From a virus, in the IMG/VR virus record IMGVR_UViG_3300046747_000117: a DNA stretch of 64,000 nt; one strand, given 5' to 3'. The notes below the pieces were generated by a model. It saw nothing but the letters and a program-made list of their open reading frames with translations, did not search any database and had not been told where the DNA came from. The translations under genes were made by a program, and so were the position numbers. Positions 10,601-20,526 of the stretch are shown here, piece by piece; positions within the stretch are counted from its first letter, which is position 1, and each line of letters opens with the position of its first letter.

Positions 10601-11223
10601 GCCAGACCCAGCAGCCGCCGGGCGCGGCGGTCGACCCCAAAACCCCGCTCCGCAACCCGTTGCTGCAACAGATCGAAACCGAGATCGAGAGCGTGCTGCC
10701 GCCGGATCAGCGCGACCCCTACATGCGGCTCCTCGTCGCTGGCATGCACGCGGCGCTCGATCCGCAACCGAACGGACAGCCGCCGCTCGTCGCGCAGTTC
10801 CGCCAGAGTAAAGACCCCATCAACGACGCCGCCATTGGTTCTGCTGGCATCATGATGATGCTGTATCACAAGGCCAACGGCGCCGCGCTGCCGCAGGCGC
10901 TGATACCGGCTGGCATGTCGTTGCTACTTAAGGCGTTGGACTTTTTGCAACGCACGCGGATGGTGCCGCAAATCGCGGAGCCGGATGTCGATCGCGCGAC
11001 GCACGCTTACACAGACCAGATTTTCAAGGCGTTCCATATCACGCCGCAGGGCATCCAGAACGCGACACAAAAGGTGCATGCCGCCATTCAGGACCCCGAC
11101 GCGCAACGCAAGATATTGATCCATTCCGGCGCCATCCGCGACACGACGGGGATGAAACCGCCGCCGCCAGGCCCGCCGATCGGCACGCCGCTGAACGGTC
11201 GCCCCGGGATGATGAACCGCTGA
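10597..11223 (+). CDS. Hypothetical virion-associated protein
   Basis: 208-aa helical ORF with ATGA coupling. Confidence 0.65.
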   Translation: MSQTQQPPGAAVDPKTPLRNPLLQQIETEIESVLPPDQRDPYMRLLVAGMHAALDPQPNGQPPLVAQFRQSKDPINDAAIGSAGIMMMLYHKANGAALPQALIPAGMSLLLKALDFLQRTRMVPQIAEPDVDRATHAYTDQIFKAFHITPQGIQNATQKVHAAIQDPDAQRKILIHSGAIRDTTGMKPPPPGPPIGTPLNGRPGMMNR

Positions 11224-11224
11224 G

Positions 11225-14110
11225 ATGGCGAGCATCATCAATGGCGCCAACGAAGCGCCGCCGCCCCGGGCCTACGATGAGTACGACGCGAACGGGCAGT
11301 GGATCGGGCAGTCGACCGAGGGGTTCCAGGGACCCAACGCGCGGCCCCGTGACGGCACCGCCGAGGCGGCGCCCAAACCCGGCGTTGACGTGGGCGGTGC
11401 GGCGCAGTCGGTGATGGACTGGCTGGGCGGCATGTTCGGCGGCGGGCCACGGGAGACCCGGCCCATATGGAATCCGGATAACCCGGTGGGTACCGAGACG
11501 CTGCAATCGGTGTCTCAGGGGCCAACGGAGCGCACCTGGGGCGACACGGCGCGTGACATCCTGCCCAACATCCAGCGCGGCGCGGGGGCTGTTGGCGACT
11601 TCCTGACCGCCGATGTCATGACGCCGATCGCCGACGCTCTCAGCCATCCAGGCGTGTCCCTGCCGGAAGGCGGGAAGTGGATCGAAACCGACAGCGGCAG
11701 CGCGGTTCAGATGCCGGATGGGAAAGTCATCTATCCGGAACAACTTAACCGCCGCGCCGCTTTCCTGCCGATCGAGACGCAACCATATTTTGGCGGGGAT
11801 TCTTCTCTGGCGATGCCCGGCGCCCTCGACGTGGTGCCGGCGGCGAGCACGGGCGGGGCCGCGCCGGAGGGCGCTCTCGCCGCCAACGCGTTCCGCCGGG
11901 CCGGGCCTCTGGCAGCCAGGAAATTCGCGCCAGCGGTGCCGGAATTCGTTCCTCCCGCTGAGTTCGCGCCGCATGTCGACTTCGCGCCCGCGGCGCGTCC
12001 CGCTTTTGTCGAACCCGGCGCCCCGCCTGTACTGTCCCGCCTCGGGCCGGGAGAGCTGTTCGACCAGGGTAGGGGCGTGGAAGCCGCCAGAGGGGCCACG
12101 CTGGGTCTGACGCCGGAAGCCTATGATGAACTCATGGCCGGGCGCGGGCGCCTGTTGGACAGCGGCGTGGCGGCGCTGAACAGGGTCGGCAAGGGTGAGC
12201 GCGGCAGCGCCAGCCTGCCCAGCCTTCGCAACATCCCCCCCGAGGAAGCGTCCGTGGTCGCGTCGACCGACCCGCACCTGGCGTTCAAACGTCCGGACGG
12301 GAATTTCGTTGGCGCGCCGCCCAACACGAAGACGATGGAGGACGTGCAGCGCCTGCGCGATGCCTTCGACGCCCAGGTCGAGCGCGGGGCCGGCGGCAGC
12401 GACTGGTATTTCAGGGTCCACGCCTACATCAATGAACTCTCCGGCGGCGATCCGATCCTGGCGCGCCAGATCGCGGAAGAATGGGCGCTCACGTCGGCGC
12501 AGGCCGATCCAGGCACCAACACGGGCTTCGCCGCGTTCGGGCGGAATTCCCGCGCGGCTGGCACGCCAGCCGACATCGTGCGAACCGGGCAGCAGGCGCG
12601 CACGCTCAACGCCGCGCGAGACGCCCAGGAAGAGTTCCTCGCCAATCAGACCCCGGGCCGCAATTCGCTGCCGAACGACCCGGAACAGACGCTTACCCCT
12701 GAGTTGCTCCCGCGCATGCCGCTGGGCAAAAAGACCGACATTTACCGCCAGCACATGGACCCGACCGCCCCCTACGGTTCCACCGGAACGAACGATATCT
12801 GGCATGGCAGGGCGTTTGGTTTCGCTGACCCGGTGACCGGCGCGGAGTGGAGCAAGGCATTCGGGCCGGCGCAGCATAACTGGCTCGACTATGAGACGAT
12901 CCAGGCGGTGAACCGCGCCAACGCCAAAAACCTGGGAGGTCGAAACAACTGGACCGCCGCCGAGATCCAGGCGGCGCCGTGGGTGGCCGGCAAGATGGAG
13001 AGCCTCCAGCGCCGGTTTAACCTGTCCCCGGAGGAGGCGTTACGACGCGCCAACGCGACCTATCCGGACCTCGGGCGCTTCTATGAGGCCTCGATGCCGT
13101 ATGAGGGGGTGCCCGGCGGCGGCATCGGCCTGACGACGGGCAGCATGTCCCCCGAGGACTGGACCGCCGCCATGAGGCGCGTGAACCCCGGCGGCGTCGA
13201 TCCGCAACTGACCCACATGGGGATCATCAACCGCGCGACCCAGCAAGGCGGCTATGGCGGCTGGATCGAGCCGCCTGGGCCACCGCAGATCAATCCGGTG
13301 AGTGTCGCCAGACCACAGGTAGGGACCCGAACAACGCCTCGGACGCCTGAATCGCCACCGCGCCGGATCGCTGACCCGGCCACCATGACGGCGCTGGACA
13401 TGGCCGCGCATGTGCGAGGCCTGAGCGACTTCCAGGCGGGGAGTCCGGTGACCTACTGGGACCGCCGCGCGCCGAGCGGCAACGCGACCAGCGTGACGAT
13501 CGACCTCGGCAGAGCCACGACGGAAGCCGAAGCCGCGGCGTTGGTCAGGCTCGCTGACAAATATGGGTTCACGTTCGCCAATACTGGGGAGGGAGCCGGG
13601 TTCCTCAATCTGGATCCGGCGTTAAAGGGCGGTGTCGTCCAAAAGAAGCTGGACACCGGTATGGCCGACGAGATCAAAAAGATCGTTCCAGACGCCACGA
13701 TCGGGCGAGCGGACACTCTCAGCCACAGCAAATACGCCGACTATACCGATTTCGGGTCGAACAACCGCCTTGAGGCGGCAAGGCAGGGTCAGGGTCAGGC
13801 CACGCGTTACATGGACGAGCGGCTACAGGCCGGTCGCGCCACCGCGCCAGGTGCTTACCGCAGCCTGATGGACGACCCCAACGAGGCCGCGCATTCGCAG
13901 GAGATCCTGCGGTTGCTGCGTGACAGCGGGCAGCTTGGCCAGCGTCCCGACTACGAACTATGGCACCGCCTGATCGCGGAGGGGCGTCTCAGGGACGCTT
14001 TGGCGTGGGCGCGAGCAAACGGCTACAAAGGATTGCCCGCGGCAGCAGGCGGTGTGGGACTAGGCGGCGCGCTTCAGGGTGGAGAGAATTCCACTGATGC
14101 GGGGTCATGA
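11225..14110 (+). CDS. Large polyvalent-type internal protein with putative HhH-glycosylase-like domain
   Basis: 961 aa. Central motifs DWY...TSAQADPGTN...LGKKT...TNDIWHGR...EIQAAPWV. Confidence 0.65.
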   Translation: MASIINGANEAPPPRAYDEYDANGQWIGQSTEGFQGPNARPRDGTAEAAPKPGVDVGGAAQSVMDWLGGMFGGGPRETRPIWNPDNPVGTETLQSVSQGPTERTWGDTARDILPNIQRGAGAVGDFLTADVMTPIADALSHPGVSLPEGGKWIETDSGSAVQMPDGKVIYPEQLNRRAAFLPIETQPYFGGDSSLAMPGALDVVPAASTGGAAPEGALAANAFRRAGPLAARKFAPAVPEFVPPAEFAPHVDFAPAARPAFVEPGAPPVLSRLGPGELFDQGRGVEAARGATLGLTPEAYDELMAGRGRLLDSGVAALNRVGKGERGSASLPSLRNIPPEEASVVASTDPHLAFKRPDGNFVGAPPNTKTMEDVQRLRDAFDAQVERGAGGSDWYFRVHAYINELSGGDPILARQIAEEWALTSAQADPGTNTGFAAFGRNSRAAGTPADIVRTGQQARTLNAARDAQEEFLANQTPGRNSLPNDPEQTLTPELLPRMPLGKKTDIYRQHMDPTAPYGSTGTNDIWHGRAFGFADPVTGAEWSKAFGPAQHNWLDYETIQAVNRANAKNLGGRNNWTAAEIQAAPWVAGKMESLQRRFNLSPEEALRRANATYPDLGRFYEASMPYEGVPGGGIGLTTGSMSPEDWTAAMRRVNPGGVDPQLTHMGIINRATQQGGYGGWIEPPGPPQINPVSVARPQVGTRTTPRTPESPPRRIADPATMTALDMAAHVRGLSDFQAGSPVTYWDRRAPSGNATSVTIDLGRATTEAEAAALVRLADKYGFTFANTGEGAGFLNLDPALKGGVVQKKLDTGMADEIKKIVPDATIGRADTLSHSKYADYTDFGSNNRLEAARQGQGQATRYMDERLQAGRATAPGAYRSLMDDPNEAAHSQEILRLLRDSGQLGQRPDYELWHRLIAEGRLRDALAWARANGYKGLPAAAGGVGLGGALQGGENSTDAGS

Positions 14111-14381
14111 CGACATCGGACCAGATATCGACCCCGCGCGTCTTCTTCTGTTTCTTGTCCCACCAGGACAGGCGCATGAAAGGCCTGCCCATATACGGGT
14201 TCATCATATTGGTGATCGGCGGCAGGCCTCGTTTGGATTGCAGCTCCCACATGAGACCCAGGTTCGACATTCTTCCCGTGCCTGTGGGTACATCAGGGAA
14301 CTCGGGGTCGCGCCAGGATGGCACGCGTCTCGCGTTGAAGAACTTTGGGGCCATGACGCGCGGGTCTCCGAACAATCTCAT
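13989..14381 (-). CDS. Possible antisense hypothetical protein
   Basis: 130-aa minus-strand ORF in a lower-GC gap, with TATAAT just upstream on the minus strand. Competes with plus-strand ORF 14107..14430. Confidence 0.3.
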   Translation of the reverse strand: MRLFGDPRVMAPKFFNARRVPSWRDPEFPDVPTGTGRMSNLGLMWELQSKRGLPPITNMMNPYMGRPFMRLSWWDKKQKKTRGVDIWSDVVMTPHQWNSLHPEARRLVPHRLLPRAILCSRLLAPTPKRP

Positions 14382-14417
14382 CGGGAATATAGGACATTAT
14401 AGGATGAAACGCCAGAC

Positions 14418-14981
14418 ATGTCCCTGCTGAACGCCCTCGGCGGCGCCATGGAGGGGTTCGGCACGGGCTACGCCGACGCGGTCAACACCGAGCGCAAGCT
14501 GGCGTTGCTGAACGCCACGCCGCCGCGTGACCCGGTGGCACCCCCCGACACGCCGCCACCGGCACCCGCCGCGCCGCCAGCCGGGCCGCGGGACGCGAAG
14601 CTGGAGCATGTCGTGCAGGCGATCTACGGCCAGGAGAGCGGTGGTGGCGCCAACCCGGCGACCAGCACGGCGGGAGCGCGCGGCGGCATGCAGATCATCC
14701 CCGCGACCTTCAACGCCTACGCGCTCCCGGGCGAGAAGATCGATAATCCCGATGATAATCGCGCCGTTGGGCGCCGTATCATCGAGGATCTCTATCGTCG
14801 GGCGAACGGCGACGCAGCCCGAACGGCGGTGGGTTACTTCTCCGGCCAGGGCAACATGTCCCCGCTGGCCTTCAACACGCCGTGGAAAGAGGACCGGGTC
14901 GACACGAACGGCAAGTCGACATCCGGCTATGTGGGCGACGTGCTTCAACGCATCGTGCGGCTGGCCGCGCAGGCAAAATAG
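14418..14981 (+). CDS. Virion-associated lytic transglycosylase (SLT domain)
   Basis: IYGQESGG...AGARGGMQIIPATF...DNRAVG...GYFSG are SLT motifs with the catalytic Glu. Confidence 0.85.
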   Translation: MSLLNALGGAMEGFGTGYADAVNTERKLALLNATPPRDPVAPPDTPPPAPAAPPAGPRDAKLEHVVQAIYGQESGGGANPATSTAGARGGMQIIPATFNAYALPGEKIDNPDDNRAVGRRIIEDLYRRANGDAARTAVGYFSGQGNMSPLAFNTPWKEDRVDTNGKSTSGYVGDVLQRIVRLAAQAK

Positions 14982-14993
14982 AGGCGAACGGGC

Positions 14994-16514
14994 ATGGCAA
15001 GCTTGTTGAACGCGTTAGCCGGCATGGGTGGCGCGGTGTCCGACTACGCGGCGCACTACGGCGCGCAGGCGCAGGCCAACGAAGGCGCGATGAACCTCCT
15101 CCAGGCCAGATCGGCGCTGGAGGCCGAGGCGGCGCGGCAGGCCGACGCCATGGCCACGACACGGGAGGCAGCGGGGCGCGCCGACACGTTCCGCTACAGC
15201 ACGCAACTGAAGGGCCTGGAAAACACGCAGATCATGCAGCGTGAAGCCGCCGCCAGGGCGGCTACGCTTCAGGCGCAGAAAGACCTGGCGACATTCACGG
15301 CGGGTTTGCCGACACCCGACGAGCGGTTCCTCACGCGCCTGCTTGGCGGCAGTATCACGGGAACGTCTCCGGCCACCCCCGCGACCGGCCCGACACCACC
15401 CGCCACGGGCGGGGGCACCGGAACGGTCGATCAGGGCGGTTGGGACACGGGCACCGGTCCCGCGCCGCCGCCGGTATCGACCGGCCCGGCGACGGACGCC
15501 GCGACTTCACCGCCAGCCGCGACTTCGCCGCCAACGGCGACGGCGGCACCTGGCGGGCCAACGATCGCCGGTCTGAGCAAAGAACAGATCCTGTCGGGCT
15601 TTATCCACGAGAAATACCACATCCCGCAGGAGGGGTCGGAAGCGGCCAATCGCACCGCCATCATCCAGGACATCGTCAACGACCCGGCGAATAAGGATCT
15701 GACGCCCGGTCAGCGCGCGGCGATGGTCGAAGCAAGGATCTCCGGCCTGAAAGCGATCGAGCGCACCGGCACCTACAAGTTTGAGGCGGCGACCGCGCCA
15801 GATCCGGACGACCCGAGCGGCAAAAACACCATCCCGGGCTTCATGCGGTTCAATATGCGGGACGGCAGCAGCACATTCATTCCGACCAATACGAACCCGA
15901 ACAAACCCGGCGCGGGCGGCATGGGGAACCGGGCGGAACTGATGTATAAGCGCCTCGCCGCGGCGACCGACATGGCCACGGCGGCGGCTGCCAACATCAT
16001 GGAAATGCCGTCCTCGTCGTCGGAAGGCATCCTTAGTGGATATCATCCCGGCACCAGCCTGCTGGGCGCGTTGAAATCGACACTCAGCCAGGCGCTCTCG
16101 CCGCAGGAAGTGCAGGACTACAACGTGATGGCGGCAGGCCTCGGGCGGAACCTCGCGGCGATCGAGTCGTCCGGTCTCGCGCCACCCGCCAGCTTCACCA
16201 AGTCGATGGACGCCATCCTGCTGACCGCGGGCGACACGTACTTCACCAAGCTGCGGAAGATGGCGGAACTGCGCCAGATCGTCACCGAGGGCATGAAGGC
16301 CAACATGGCCGACCCCAAAATCCCCGACGTGCAAAAGTCGGCGCTTAAGGAAAGCCTGGACAAGTTGGCGACAGTCATTCCGTTCACGCATCATGATATC
16401 AATGTGTTGCAGTATGGCAAGGGCACCGAGACGCTGAATGATGTCATGAACCAGAAGGGCCTCGGGCAGAAACCGGGTGGAGACGCCAAATCAGACCCCC
16501 TCGGGATCAGGTAA
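14994..16514 (+). CDS. Internal virion/ejection protein
   Basis: 506 aa, helical with a Pro/Thr linker. N-terminus MASLLNAL resembles the preceding gene. Confidence 0.65.
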   Translation: MASLLNALAGMGGAVSDYAAHYGAQAQANEGAMNLLQARSALEAEAARQADAMATTREAAGRADTFRYSTQLKGLENTQIMQREAAARAATLQAQKDLATFTAGLPTPDERFLTRLLGGSITGTSPATPATGPTPPATGGGTGTVDQGGWDTGTGPAPPPVSTGPATDAATSPPAATSPPTATAAPGGPTIAGLSKEQILSGFIHEKYHIPQEGSEAANRTAIIQDIVNDPANKDLTPGQRAAMVEARISGLKAIERTGTYKFEAATAPDPDDPSGKNTIPGFMRFNMRDGSSTFIPTNTNPNKPGAGGMGNRAELMYKRLAAATDMATAAAANIMEMPSSSSEGILSGYHPGTSLLGALKSTLSQALSPQEVQDYNVMAAGLGRNLAAIESSGLAPPASFTKSMDAILLTAGDTYFTKLRKMAELRQIVTEGMKANMADPKIPDVQKSALKESLDKLATVIPFTHHDINVLQYGKGTETLNDVMNQKGLGQKPGGDAKSDPLGIR

Positions 16515-16519
16515 CGCCC

Positions 16520-19321
16520 ATGCCAGACCTCAACATGGCGACGGTTCGGCAGCAATTCCCGCAGTATAACGACCTGTCGGACGATCAACTCGCGCAGGGA
16601 CTGCACGACAAGTTCTACAAAGACATGCCGTTCGATACGTTCGCGTCGAAGATCGGCTATTCGCAGGCGCCCCCGCCCACGATGGGCGTCGAGGGCATGG
16701 TCGGGTTCCCCACGATCGGCGGGCCGCAAACCCAGATCGGCGCCGACGTGAACGCTCTCGCGCAGGGCGCCGTGGGCGGCACGGGCGGCATCGTCAGCGG
16801 CGTGGGCCGCACGTATCAGGAAGCTGGCCCGCGTATGGCCAGGGCGCAGACGGCGACGATGGACGCCATCGATCGCGGCGAGACCGTCCCCGACCAGCAA
16901 GACCCTATCGGCTACCAGTACCTGTCCCCCGAGCAACGCGCCAAGGCACGCGCGGATCTCGGTGGCGCGAAGGATGAACTGGAGGCACGCGAGCCTAATG
17001 CCCTGATGCGCGCCGGTCGCGCGGTGCAGGGCTTTGGCCAGAGCGCGTTCCCGGTCGACCCGGCGCTGGAGGGGCGGCAGACGGGCATCGCCCGCATGAT
17101 CGGCGGCGCCGGTCCCGTGCTGGCCGCGGGTGCCCTCGGGACCGCCGTGGGTGGACCCGGCGGCGGCATGCTGGCGAGCATGGCGGCGGTCGGCTCGCAG
17201 ACCTACGATGCCACCTACCAGGAAGCGATCGGCAAAGGTCAGACCCCCGAACAGGCAGACGACGCCGCGGGCAAGGCCGCGATGGGCCAGGCGATCATCA
17301 TGACCGTGCCGCTGGCCAGGATCATCCCGCGCGTGCCGATGGATCTACGCGAGGGGTTGGTCAAAACATTGGTGAACCTCGGCCAGAACGGCGTGGAGTT
17401 CAGCGCCGGCAACACGCTGGGCACGGTCGTCAACAACTACGTCGCACAGCAGAGTTTCGACCCGAAGCGCGGCCTGATGGACGGCACCCAGGACGCGGCG
17501 CTGGAGGGATTCGTCGCCGGCCTCGTCATCCCCTCGACGGTCAACGCCGCCCAACGCATCGCGGAGAGCGCGCGGACGGCGCCGCCGCCCATCGCCGACG
17601 TGATCAAGCCGGTTCTCGACGCGCCCGATGTCGAGACAGCCGTCAGGGCAGCGTCGGACGTGGTCAGCGCGGACCCGGCCACCGACGCGCGGGCGTCGGA
17701 TCTCTACCAGCGGGTGAATCAGGCCACGGCGCCCGGCCCGGCCACCGAGGCCAGGGATACGGCGGCGGCGACGGCGGCGACCGCCCAGGCGCGCGAGGTG
17801 GCGGCGGGCAGAGAAGAGCCGCCACCCGTGCCCTACAGGCCCATGACCGCCGCCGAGGTGCAGGCGCGCGACGGCGGCACGATCGAGGAAGCGTTCATAA
17901 CCGCCCGCCGGGAAAACGCCGCGGGCGCGGCCAACCAGCCAGCCATGGTGCCGCCCGGCACCCCGCCACCCCTGCTGCCGCGCATCATGGACCTGTTGCG
18001 CGAGACCGACCGCCAGGAAGCCGAGCGACCGGCCATGGTGCCGCCGACCTCGACCACCGATCCGCTCACCGGGCGGACGACCTCGATCACGCCGCCGCCG
18101 CCAGAACAGACCATGCCGATCCCGGGAACGCGATCGCCGGTCGCGCCGCCGCCTGTCCCCACACCCGACATGACCGGATCAGTCGGCGCCGCCGCCTCGC
18201 GCGAGGGGACACCCGCCGCCGATCTGTTGCCGACCGCATCCGAAGCGGACAGCATCCGCCAGCAAGGCGAGATCGAGCGGCTCGCCACGCCACCCCGCCC
18301 CGGCGACAAAACGGTCTACATCAAAGGCGCCGACCCGACCCTGGCCGAGGTCACGGGCGACCCGGTCGTCGCCATGGAGCAGGCCTATAACCGCCAACAG
18401 CCGGTGGCGAACCCGCACCACGTCGAACGGGAGACCAGAGCCGCTGACGCGATAACAGAGGAGTACGCCAACACGGCGGGCGCGAAGATCACGCTCGATC
18501 GCATGGAAGAGAAGCAGGACCTTCAGGCGCAGGCGGATATCAAAAAGGTATTCGGCGAGCCGGGATCGCAACGGCCCCCGGCGGACCCATCGTCTACCCT
18601 CAGACTGATGGACGACTTTCTGGACGATCCACGGCATGCGGAACGCAATTCCGTCGTCAAGATACTTCAGCCCCTGAGAGACAAGTTTTACGACGCGGAC
18701 GGCAATCTAAAGACCGATCCCTACACGCTCTATGGCATCGGTGAGCATATCAACGACCTGTTGAACGGAGTCGGCGATACTGAAACGGTCGGTTCAGCAC
18801 GCGTGCTGAAACGCGAACTGACGATGATCAAGAACGATCTCTATAACCGCATCGAGGACGTGGCGCCGGGGTTCGCGGAATATCGCGCCAACTACGCCAG
18901 GGCGGCGAGCGAGATCGCCGCGATGCGCTTCCTGCAAGAGAACAGACTGAGGTTGCTAAACGCTAATTTGCGAATAACCCCAGCGAAATGGTTCGGCTTC
19001 ATGCGTGACGTGATCGAGGGGCGAGGCGATCCGATGGACCCGGCTTATGGACTGTCCGAGGCGCAGATGGATCGGTTGTGGAACATAACCGACCATGTGA
19101 AGCGGCAGATGTTCCTTGAGACCGGGAAACCCAGAGGTTCATGGACCTCAATGATGCAGGAAATGGGCGAGCGTTTCGGTGAAGCGGCGGCGCATGCGGT
19201 GGTGGGGCACGCGGTTCCCGTCTTTGGCAATATCGGCGTCAAAATGGGCACGTCGTATCTGCGAAACCGTCGCGCCGAGAAAGAAATGCAGCGATTTCTG
19301 TATCCGGATCTTAGCGAATAA
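16520..19321 (+). CDS. Large internal virion/ejection protein
   Basis: 933 aa. N-terminal QYNDLSDDQLAQGLHDKFYKDMP motif, G/A-rich hydrophobic stretch, last gene of the ejection block. Confidence 0.7.
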   Translation: MPDLNMATVRQQFPQYNDLSDDQLAQGLHDKFYKDMPFDTFASKIGYSQAPPPTMGVEGMVGFPTIGGPQTQIGADVNALAQGAVGGTGGIVSGVGRTYQEAGPRMARAQTATMDAIDRGETVPDQQDPIGYQYLSPEQRAKARADLGGAKDELEAREPNALMRAGRAVQGFGQSAFPVDPALEGRQTGIARMIGGAGPVLAAGALGTAVGGPGGGMLASMAAVGSQTYDATYQEAIGKGQTPEQADDAAGKAAMGQAIIMTVPLARIIPRVPMDLREGLVKTLVNLGQNGVEFSAGNTLGTVVNNYVAQQSFDPKRGLMDGTQDAALEGFVAGLVIPSTVNAAQRIAESARTAPPPIADVIKPVLDAPDVETAVRAASDVVSADPATDARASDLYQRVNQATAPGPATEARDTAAATAATAQAREVAAGREEPPPVPYRPMTAAEVQARDGGTIEEAFITARRENAAGAANQPAMVPPGTPPPLLPRIMDLLRETDRQEAERPAMVPPTSTTDPLTGRTTSITPPPPEQTMPIPGTRSPVAPPPVPTPDMTGSVGAAASREGTPAADLLPTASEADSIRQQGEIERLATPPRPGDKTVYIKGADPTLAEVTGDPVVAMEQAYNRQQPVANPHHVERETRAADAITEEYANTAGAKITLDRMEEKQDLQAQADIKKVFGEPGSQRPPADPSSTLRLMDDFLDDPRHAERNSVVKILQPLRDKFYDADGNLKTDPYTLYGIGEHINDLLNGVGDTETVGSARVLKRELTMIKNDLYNRIEDVAPGFAEYRANYARAASEIAAMRFLQENRLRLLNANLRITPAKWFGFMRDVIEGRGDPMDPAYGLSEAQMDRLWNITDHVKRQMFLETGKPRGSWTSMMQEMGERFGEAAAHAVVGHAVPVFGNIGVKMGTSYLRNRRAEKEMQRFLYPDLSE

Positions 19322-19375
19322 CGAAAGGACATCCCCATGCGCTACCTCCTCGCCGCTGACCAGGGAGCCTGACCC

Positions 19376-19771
19376 ATGACATTCCGTTACGGTGCCGTGC
19401 TTCGCAACGACCAGGTGTCGCAGATCCAGACCCGAATGGCGGTCTCGGGTACGGCGACGATGCAGCTTCGCATCTATAGCGGCGCCGAACCGGCGAACTG
19501 CGCCGCGACGGAACCCACCGGGACGCTGGCGACCATCGTGCTGCCAGCCTCGTTCCTGACCAGTAGCGGCGGGGTGACGACCATCGCGGGGACGTGGAGT
19601 GTCGCGGCCAGCGGCACCGGCACCGCGGTCTGCTGGCGCATGTACGACCAGGCCGGGACGTGCCATGTGCAGGGCAGCACGGTGACCGATCTGGTGCTGA
19701 ACAACCAGAGCATCACCAGCGGGCAGACGGTTACAGTAACTTCATTCTCGGTCACAGCAGGCAATGCGTAG
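19376..19771 (+). CDS. Small beta-rich virion structural protein
   Basis: LRIYSGAEPA...TGTLATIVL...GTGTA..WRMYD is a motif common in phage fibre-adjacent proteins. Confidence 0.65.
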   Translation: MTFRYGAVLRNDQVSQIQTRMAVSGTATMQLRIYSGAEPANCAATEPTGTLATIVLPASFLTSSGGVTTIAGTWSVAASGTGTAVCWRMYDQAGTCHVQGSTVTDLVLNNQSITSGQTVTVTSFSVTAGNA

Positions 19772-19830
19772 AACTGTATTGCTATTTGTTGAGGGGGAGG
19801 TGATCATGATCGCGAAGGAGATTTGCGGTC

Positions 19831-20526
19831 ATGAAGCAGGACAATCGTCCGAACAAAATCCGCGACATTCACGGCATGTCGAGGACGCCGGAGTATATGG
19901 CGTGGCGCAACATGCTCACCCGTTGCTATAACTCTAAGTCTGATCATTACACAAATTACGGCGCTCGCGGCATCAAGGTGTGTGAGCATTGGCGAACCGC
20001 GTTTCGCGCATTCTACGAGGATATGGGGCCTCGTCCGCCAGGGACGACGCTCGAACGGCGCGATGTGCATGGCGATTACGGACCCGACAATTGTGTCTGG
20101 GCGACACCCGTTGAGCAATCGAGGAACACCACCGTCAACCGCTATGTCAATTACAATGGACGGTCAATGATTCTTGCCGATTGGGCGACTGAAACCGGCA
20201 TCAAGAGATTGACCATCCTCATGCGCCTCGACCGCGACAAGTGGACAACTGGTCAGGCGCTTGGATACGAGCCGCCGCCGCTACGCAAGCCCAGAAATGT
20301 TCGTTTGATTGAATACCAAGGGGAAACTCTTCCAATGATCGAATGGGCTAGACGATATGGACAACATCCGACTGCCGTCGCAACGCGACTAAACGATCTC
20401 GGATGGAGTGTTGGTCAAGCAATTACTGCAGAGCCACCGCCGCCAAGACTGGGTAATTCTAACTCCAAGGCAGCCGAAAGGACGCGGCGTTATCGAGCGC
20501 GACTTGCTTCGAAAAGAACAACCTAA
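19831..20526 (+). CDS. HNH homing-endonuclease-like protein
   Basis: HGMSRTPEYMAWRNMLTRC...YGARGIKVC..W...TLERRDVHGDYGPDNCVWAT..EQSRN. Confidence 0.85.
   Translation: MKQDNRPNKIRDIHGMSRTPEYMAWRNMLTRCYNSKSDHYTNYGARGIKVCEHWRTAFRAFYEDMGPRPPGTTLERRDVHGDYGPDNCVWATPVEQSRNTTVNRYVNYNGRSMILADWATETGIKRLTILMRLDRDKWTTGQALGYEPPPLRKPRNVRLIEYQGETLPMIEWARRYGQHPTAVATRLNDLGWSVGQAITAEPPPPRLGNSNSKAAERTRRYRARLASKRTT

Noticed and set aside
11039-12877. 612-aa minus-strand ORF (likewise 3853..5052, 36876..37901 and 50118..52430)
   Set aside because: Antisense shadows of real high-GC genes, with R/A/G-rich composition and no motifs.
14418-14981. SLT gene as the endolysin
   Set aside because: It sits among ejection genes and shares their N-terminal motif, so a virion-associated entry enzyme is more likely.
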